From the NCBI GenBank assembly GCA_965206655.1, contig CBDBKC010000034.1:365613-429612 (forward strand): a stretch of 64,000 nucleotides of DNA, in the 5' to 3' direction. This DNA comes from Bryobacterales bacterium (lineage in GTDB: Bacteria > Acidobacteriota > Terriglobia > Bryobacterales > UBA6623). Below the pieces are notes generated by a model. That model searched no databases, was not told the origin of the DNA, and was given only the letters and a program-made list of their open reading frames with translations. This document shows, piece by piece, positions 59,027 through 64,000 of this stretch (positions are counted from its first letter, which is position 1; each line of letters starts with the position of its first letter). A program made the position numbers and the translations under genes.

Positions 59027-60073
59027 TCAAGTCTTTGATTCTAACTCACTGAGACTGGCCCACTTGAGCCCTTGGCGGGTCATGAGAACGAGCGCCGCGG
59101 GGATGACCGCAATGAACGAAACCAGCCATGCCAGAAGGGCGGCGGTTGTAGCGGCTTCCACGGGCGCACCGAACAGCTTGGTGAGAACCAGCACAGCCGC
59201 TACCTGGAAGCCACCGCCCACACCGGGAATCTGCAACAGCGAGCCGGCCATCACAAGACCGGTAAAAACGGCGCTTTCGGAAAAGCTCCAATGCATGCGG
59301 GGAAGGCAGCCGATCAAGACCGCATGGCAAGTGATCACGACCAACAGCCAATGTAGGACCGTCAATACCACACACCAGAGCACCGTCTTCAGATCACGGA
59401 GTCCGTGGAGTCCTTTGCCAAAGAGTTGGATGGTCTCTTCCAGTGAACCGAGCTTATCGGCGTGAAGGAAAGTGTGGGCCCGGTCGAGGAGCTTGCCCGT
59501 GATCGGTTCGTAGTAACGCCTTAGCGCGATCAACAGGACAAGTATCAATACAATCACAGCGGCGATCCAGCGGGTGAGAGCTTGTGTATCGGCGCTGATG
59601 AACTCTCCTGCCGGCGAATCGGTGCCCGCAACCTGCCCTACCGCAAAGACGACTCCCGCCAGGATCGCCGTCGTGTCGAATGAACGCTCCAGAACCCAAA
59701 TCGCGAGCTGGCTGGTGAGGGGAGTTCGCTCATAGCGGGCGATGAGATAGACACGCACTACTTCTCCGGCCCGGCCCAGCACGCCGATAGCGCCAAATCC
59801 GATGATCGTCGCCGACAAGATCGTTTCAAAGCCGGCGTCGGGTTTGACCGGGCGTAACAGTAGTCTCCAGCGGAGAGCGCGAACCACGTAGGTCGAAAAA
59901 ATAGCAACGAAGGCGAGAAGGAGAAAACCGATGCGGACGTGACGGAAGCTCTCCAAAAACTCGCCGATGTCGAAGCTCCGCCATTCGGGGTTGGTTGAAA
60001 AGGTGTAGGCCAAAGCGGCGACGAGGACGATGGCGATCGCCACAAGGGCCCATCCACGGCGACGTCCTCTCAT
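59027..60073 (-). CDS. Flippase-like membrane protein (LPG_synthase_TM / UPF0104 family)
   Basis: Polytopic 348-aa protein with an N-terminus MRGRRRGWALVAIAIVLVAAL...RALRWRLLL typical of the family. It lies immediately upstream of nrdR on the same strand. Confidence 0.7.
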   Translation of the reverse strand: MRGRRRGWALVAIAIVLVAALAYTFSTNPEWRSFDIGEFLESFRHVRIGFLLLAFVAIFSTYVVRALRWRLLLRPVKPDAGFETILSATIIGFGAIGVLGRAGEVVRVYLIARYERTPLTSQLAIWVLERSFDTTAILAGVVFAVGQVAGTDSPAGEFISADTQALTRWIAAVIVLILVLLIALRRYYEPITGKLLDRAHTFLHADKLGSLEETIQLFGKGLHGLRDLKTVLWCVVLTVLHWLLVVITCHAVLIGCLPRMHWSFSESAVFTGLVMAGSLLQIPGVGGGFQVAAVLVLTKLFGAPVEAATTAALLAWLVSFIAVIPAALVLMTRQGLKWASLSELESKT

Positions 60074-60296
60074 TCCATCTCAATCCTGATAGGGCGGCCA
60101 CTTGCGGCCGCCGTTTGCGTAACGGCCGGGCGCAAGGGAGCGCTGCGATGCGGCGGTGATGTCTGAGGCACTGAGAGAGTCACTAGCATACCGTTCCTGA
60201 TGCTCCTCCTACCGAGCACGCTTGCGCTTCGAAAAAAGCGTGAACTTTTGTGCTCCGCCTTCGTTTAATCTGATAGGAGGTGGTGAAGCAGTCCCG

Positions 60297-60956
60297 ATGA
60301 GTGCTCAAACCGCGGCAGAACCTTGGTCAATGCCCTGGGCCGGCTCCCGGCAAGAGGATGGCTATCGCGAGCAGATCGCCCGCGAGGCGGCGGAACGGGA
60401 TGCGGGGCTGGTGGGACGCTGTCTTAACGGCGACGGCAATGCCTGGGAAACGCTGGTTCGCACACACACCCGAGTCGTCTACGCCACCTGCTATCGCTTT
60501 ACCGGGCATGCCGAGGATGCACGGGATCTCACGCAGGATGTATTTGTGCGTGTCTACCGGGGGCTCGATAGCTACCAACCCGGCGCCGCGGCGTTTCGCA
60601 CTTGGCTGCTGCGGCTGGCCCGCAACCTGCTGATCGATCACTACCGCAAGACCCGCAAAGATCGTGTCCTCGACCCACTCGAAAACCAGGCGTACGGCAT
60701 CAAGGAAACGTCGATCGTCGGAGGACGGGCGGACCATTTGGTGGTCCGACGCGAGGTCTCGGAGAAACTGCGGGCGGCACTCGGCCGCATGTCGGAAGAG
60801 TTGCGCGAGGCGGTGATTCTGCGCGACTTGCAACAGATGGAGTACCAAGAGATCGCAACGGTACTGGGGATACCTCAGGGCACCGTAAAGTCACGCATCA
60901 GCCGCGGACGCCGGGATTTGGCGAAGCATCTGCGGGCGATGGGGGTGCGGCCATGA
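60297..60956 (+). CDS. ECF (group 4) sigma-70 family sigma factor
   Basis: From the ATG at 60297: ...AWETLVRTHTRVVYATCYRFTGHAEDARDLTQDVFVRVYRGL...FRTWLLRLARNLLIDHYRK (region 2) and ...LREAVILRDLQQMEYQEIATVLGIPQGTVKSRISRGRRDL (region 4). Confidence 0.92.
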   Translation: MSAQTAAEPWSMPWAGSRQEDGYREQIAREAAERDAGLVGRCLNGDGNAWETLVRTHTRVVYATCYRFTGHAEDARDLTQDVFVRVYRGLDSYQPGAAAFRTWLLRLARNLLIDHYRKTRKDRVLDPLENQAYGIKETSIVGGRADHLVVRREVSEKLRAALGRMSEELREAVILRDLQQMEYQEIATVLGIPQGTVKSRISRGRRDLAKHLRAMGVRP

Positions 60957-61517
60957 GCTGTCGGCGCGTCGAAGGCCTGATGAGCGACTACCAGGATGGG
61001 TTGCTCGGTCCGGCTGCGCGGCGAATCGTGGAGGATCATCTGGCCTCGTGTGCGTCGTGCGCGGCACTGAAGAGCGAGATGGATTCTGGCGCTTGGCTTC
61101 CTGCGGCAAGCGCCGGCGGTGGATGTTCCGGCTGATCTGGTCTCCGATATTCTCAACGAGACAGTTCGCGCCGAGCCGCCGGCTGTTGGTTTGGTGGTTG
61201 CGGGCGTTGGCCCCCTGGGTTGGATACGTCCACTGCTGCGACCTCTGATCGAGCCACGATTCGCGATGAGTCTGGCCATGGCTCTGGTGTCGTTCTCGAT
61301 TCTGACATGGTCGGGGCAAAAGACCCTTGACCGCTGGCAGGCTGCGGACCCAATGGTGCACGTGATGACGGCCACGGCGGGTCTTGATCAAGCATGGGAG
61401 CGCGGCGTGGAAGTCTACCGGCGTGTCTTCGGTTCCGGGCAAGCTTCCGGTGCTCCGGCGGAACCTGGCACTGCCGCGGATGCCGAGGACATTGTTGATC
61501 CGGCGCGGACCCAATGA
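60953..61517 (+). pseudogene. zf-HC2 anti-sigma factor, split into two frames between ~61071 and 61090
   Basis: The ATG at 60953 overlaps the sigma stop (ATGA). MSCRRVEGLMSDYQDGLLGPAARRIVEDHLASCASCAALKSEMDS is followed by non-homologous residues and a stop at 61135. The expected continuation LALGFLRQAPAVDVPADLVSDILNE...TM helix (AMSLAMALVSFSILTW) is in the frame open from 61071 (track ORF 61119..61517). Confidence 0.7.
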
Positions 61518-62407
61518 ACTGCGCAACACATTCCGAGGTTGAAGCCACGGCTTTTTGCCGGTCGTGCGGACGGGCGCTCTGCCCGGCGTGCGGTTCCGAG
61601 CAACAAGGCGTCCCCTATTGCGAAACTTGCCGCGCGAGGGACGAAGGGTCTCAGGCTGCTGCCTTGGAAGCCGGCGCTCGCTGGCGTCGTGAGAATCCTG
61701 AAAGGGATTCGGCGCTTACGAGATTGAAAGGCACTGCTTCGGGCGGAGCAGCAGCGGCCGGCGTGCGGACGTACGCGACCCAAACCGATGCACCTTCGCC
61801 CTTTTTGGCCCTCATCCTCGGGTTGATTCCCGGCGTGGGCGCCGTCTACAACGGACACTACGCTAAGGCCGTCTTCCACGTGGTCATTTTCGGCGGAGTC
61901 GTTACCTTGATCGGCGCCGGCACCGTAGAAGGTCTCGAAGTCCTGTTCGTGATGCTGGCGGTGATGTTCTTCCTCTATATGCCGATCGAATCGTACCGAA
62001 CGGCGCGGGCCCTGAAGCGTGGCGAGGAGGTAGACGAGTTCTCGGGTTTGCTTTTGCTCGTCTTCGCGGGCTCGCGCTCTCCCGTTGTGGGCGTAACGCT
62101 GATCGGACTCGGCGTCATCTTCTTGCTGCAGTCGTTGGGCTATTGGCGCGTCGAGAACCTGCTGCCGTACTGGCCGGTGAGTTTAATCGGACTTGGGATG
62201 TACATGTTGTATCGGCGATTCACCGAGCCACCCTGGCAAGAAGCCCCCGGCGAACCGCCGCCGGATTTCGGGCGCGGTTCCACCCGGCCGAACTTGGGAT
62301 TTGAGTTGGGCGTGGGAGCATCCGCTGTTACGCCGCTGCCCGCGGATGCGGATGATTCGGTGACGGCGCCGGAGCCGGTCGAGGCGACAAGGCGGAACGA
62401 TTTCTAG
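61514..62407 (+). CDS. B-box-type zinc-finger membrane protein (TM2-like helices)
   Basis: MNCATHSEVEATAFCRSCGRALCPACGSEQQGVPYCETC, then FLALILGLIPGVGAVYNGHYAKAVFHVVIF... and further TM helices. The ATG overlaps the preceding stop (ATGA). Confidence 0.75.
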   Translation: MNCATHSEVEATAFCRSCGRALCPACGSEQQGVPYCETCRARDEGSQAAALEAGARWRRENPERDSALTRLKGTASGGAAAAGVRTYATQTDAPSPFLALILGLIPGVGAVYNGHYAKAVFHVVIFGGVVTLIGAGTVEGLEVLFVMLAVMFFLYMPIESYRTARALKRGEEVDEFSGLLLLVFAGSRSPVVGVTLIGLGVIFLLQSLGYWRVENLLPYWPVSLIGLGMYMLYRRFTEPPWQEAPGEPPPDFGRGSTRPNLGFELGVGASAVTPLPADADDSVTAPEPVEATRRNDF

Positions 62408-62448
62408 CTTGTATTCGGGCTCGGGCGATCTCGCGGAGGGCGCCGCTG

Positions 62449-62673
62449 TCAGTTGCCGTCCCCTCGGCCCTCATGGATCAGGTTGACGATCTCGTCTCGG
62501 GTCAGCCCCAGCTCAACACCCTTCACGTCCAAAGGCGACTTCTTCGTCTGGTCCGGACTCACGGCGAAGATCTGTCCGTCTCTGCGTCGAATCCGTACCG
62601 TGCCGTCGCGTCTTGCCTCTTCAAGGACCGCCGCAAGGTTCTGTCTTGCTTCCGAATAGGTATAGACTTTCAC
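62449..62673 (-). CDS. Phd/YefM-family antitoxin
   Basis: GTG start. KVYTYSEARQNLAAVLEEARRDGTVRIRRRDGQIFAVSP is a typical Phd/YefM N-terminal domain. Confidence 0.8.
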   Translation of the reverse strand: MKVYTYSEARQNLAAVLEEARRDGTVRIRRRDGQIFAVSPDQTKKSPLDVKGVELGLTRDEIVNLIHEGRGDGN

Positions 62674-63065
62674 GATTCCAGCTCCAAGACGTCGATACCC
62701 AACCTGTTCGCGGCCGCTAGCAAACCTCTATCGAGGGTGAGCAGCGGACAGCGTCGGCCCCGCGCGCAGACAAGAACGTAGGCGTCATACGCATAGATTT
62801 TGAGCTGATCCGCAACCCGCATCGCCTCGTCCAACTCCACGTCGACAAAGCGAACCGGGATCCGGCTGTATGCTCTGAGCGCCGTCCGTACCGCCTTCAG
62901 GGAGAACCTTTGGCGCTTGAGTCCCGCCGCCAGGGCGTTGCCCACCTCCCAATGCACCGAGTGAGGGGCCAGTAAACCGTGGCCGACCGTGAGGCTCACC
63001 AACTCGGCCTTGGCCGGTTCATTGGCGATGACCGCGACGAGTACGGATGTATCGACAGCGATCAC
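62670..63065 (-). CDS. vapC: PIN-domain (VapC-like) toxin
   Basis: From the GTG at 63063..63065: VIAVDTSVLVAVIANEP...YAYDAYVLVCARGRRCPLLTLDRGL. The PIN acidic residues are present (D near the N-terminus, the D.Y pattern, and a C-terminal LD). Its stop overlaps the antitoxin start (GTGA). Confidence 0.8.
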   Translation of the reverse strand: MIAVDTSVLVAVIANEPAKAELVSLTVGHGLLAPHSVHWEVGNALAAGLKRQRFSLKAVRTALRAYSRIPVRFVDVELDEAMRVADQLKIYAYDAYVLVCARGRRCPLLTLDRGLLAAANRLGIDVLELES

Positions 63066-63209
63066 TTCTTGTACAATTGTACCACACGAGATCGAAAGCA
63101 CAGCGGGACGGAGTCTAGGAGTATAATTCGGTCTGCTTCGTCACGTGTGGGCGCTCTGTCCGCACCAGAGTTCCCCTCAAAGAGTCCGCAAGGAAGAGAC
63201 AAGCGAAAC

Positions 63210-64000
63210 ATGCCGACAAATGAGCCGAGCCTGCGATTGACTCCCATCCAGTGGACAATCTGCGCCGTCGCTGCGCTTGGCTTCGCGTTCGACATCTATG
63301 AACTGCTGATGTTGCCGCTGATCGTGCGGCCGGCCTTGCTGGAGTTGGCCGATGTGCGGCCGGGCACGCCGGAATTCAATCAGTGGATCGGCATGCTCTT
63401 CTATGTCCCCGCGATCTGTGGCGGAGTCTTCGGCCTGCTGGGCGGTTACCTAACCGACCGATTGGGCCGGCGTCGCGTTCTCGTATGGAGCATCCTTCTG
63501 TACGCGTTTTCCGCACTGGGCGCGGGCTTTGTCACTTCCGTGGAGATGTTGCTTTTCTTCCGCTGTACAACGTTTGTCGGCGTGAGTGTTGAGTTCGTCG
63601 CGGCCGTCGCCTGGCTCGCCGAACTCTTCCCCCATCCCAAACAGCGTGAGAGCGTGCTCGGGTACACGCAAGCGTTTTCATCCATTGGCGGTTTGCTAGT
63701 GACCGGCGCCTACTATCTCGCGGTGACCTACTCGGAGATGTTTCCCGAGATACACGGCGGCCATGAGGCGTGGCGGTACACGCTCATCTCGGGCGTGATC
63801 CCGGCTTTACCGCTCATCATCATCCGGCCGTTCCTTCCCGAATCGCCTGCCTGGGCCGCGAAGAAGGCTGCCGGCACGCTCAAGAGGCCGAGCTTCGGTG
63901 CATTGTTCGAGCCCGCGTATCGTAAGACGACTTTGCTCACAGCGCTGATGTTCGCTTGTAGCTACGGGGCCGCCTTTGGGGCGATTCAGCACATACCGAG
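63210..64000 (+). CDS. MFS transporter, 3' end beyond the window (absent from the ORF track because it has no stop)
   Basis: Translated by hand from the ATG at 63210: MPTNEPSLRLTPIQWTICAVAALGFAFDIYELLMLPLIV...GLLGGYLTDRLGRRRVLVWSILLYAFSALGAG... carries MFS motif A (G..tDRlGRRrvl). The frame stays open to nt 64000. Confidence 0.88.
   Translation, partial: MPTNEPSLRLTPIQWTICAVAALGFAFDIYELLMLPLIVRPALLELADVRPGTPEFNQWIGMLFYVPAICGGVFGLLGGYLTDRLGRRRVLVWSILLYAFSALGAGFVTSVEMLLFFRCTTFVGVSVEFVAAVAWLAELFPHPKQRESVLGYTQAFSSIGGLLVTGAYYLAVTYSEMFPEIHGGHEAWRYTLISGVIPALPLIIIRPFLPESPAWAAKKAAGTLKRPSFGALFEPAYRKTTLLTALMFACSYGAAFGAIQHIP

Overview
GC-rich bacterial chromosomal segment. The gene content suggests Acidobacteriota (Solibacter/Bryobacter-like) or a related PVC-type soil lineage: a PSCyt/DUF1549/DUF1553 + DUF1501 pair, many secreted TolB-like beta-propeller proteins, and a Ser/Thr kinase fused to propellers. 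That placement is inference only. All calls come from reading the ORF-track translations and the DNA by eye; no searches were run. The ORF track shows GTG/TTG starts as M, and many long ORFs are antisense shadows of real genes.

Layout:
- 1-2.2 kb: junkyard with a frameshifted IS110 transposase, an IS256 transposase fragment, an Hsp70 fragment and a HicB module.
- 2.2-9.1 kb: housekeeping genes (class IV aminotransferase, Gfo/Idh/MocA oxidoreductase, YdjM-like hydrolase, DAG-kinase-like lipid kinase, ligA, fliA-type sigma).
- 9.8-11.3 kb: sigma-54-dependent response regulator.
- 12.2-16.5 kb: NYN/LOTUS protein plus an ACP / SDR / acyl-AMP-ligase / LbH-acyltransferase cassette.
- 16.7-21.5 kb: S9 peptidase and a propeller-CehA hydrolase.
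- 21.5-31.9 kb: frameshifted dienelactone hydrolase, VapBC, PSD1-type giant protein, NTase insertion, DUF1501, RHH, lipoprotein, two PepSY-TM-like paralogs, HicAB.
- 32-36 kb: propeller / PIG-L / propeller operon and metF.
- 36.2-37.6 kb: TlpA-like lipoprotein interrupted by an in-frame TGA exactly at the first Cys of its CxxC motif, with a SECIS-like hairpin downstream. This is the strongest finding (candidate selenoprotein).
- 38-42.7 kb: Tat-signal SelA/DgaE-family PLP enzyme and the STK-propeller protein.
- 43-52.5 kb: RraA-like protein, then the operon hyuB'-hyuB-hyuA-miniTM-SSS symporter, with a divergent FAD oxidoreductase.
- 53-64 kb: plsC, Tat mini-protein + amidase, GT2, rpoD, nrdR, LPG-synthase-TM-like protein, ECF sigma / split anti-sigma / B-box membrane protein, reverse-order PIN-Phd module, and a 3'-truncated MFS transporter that is not in the ORF track.

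No rRNA, tRNA or CRISPR array was recognised.
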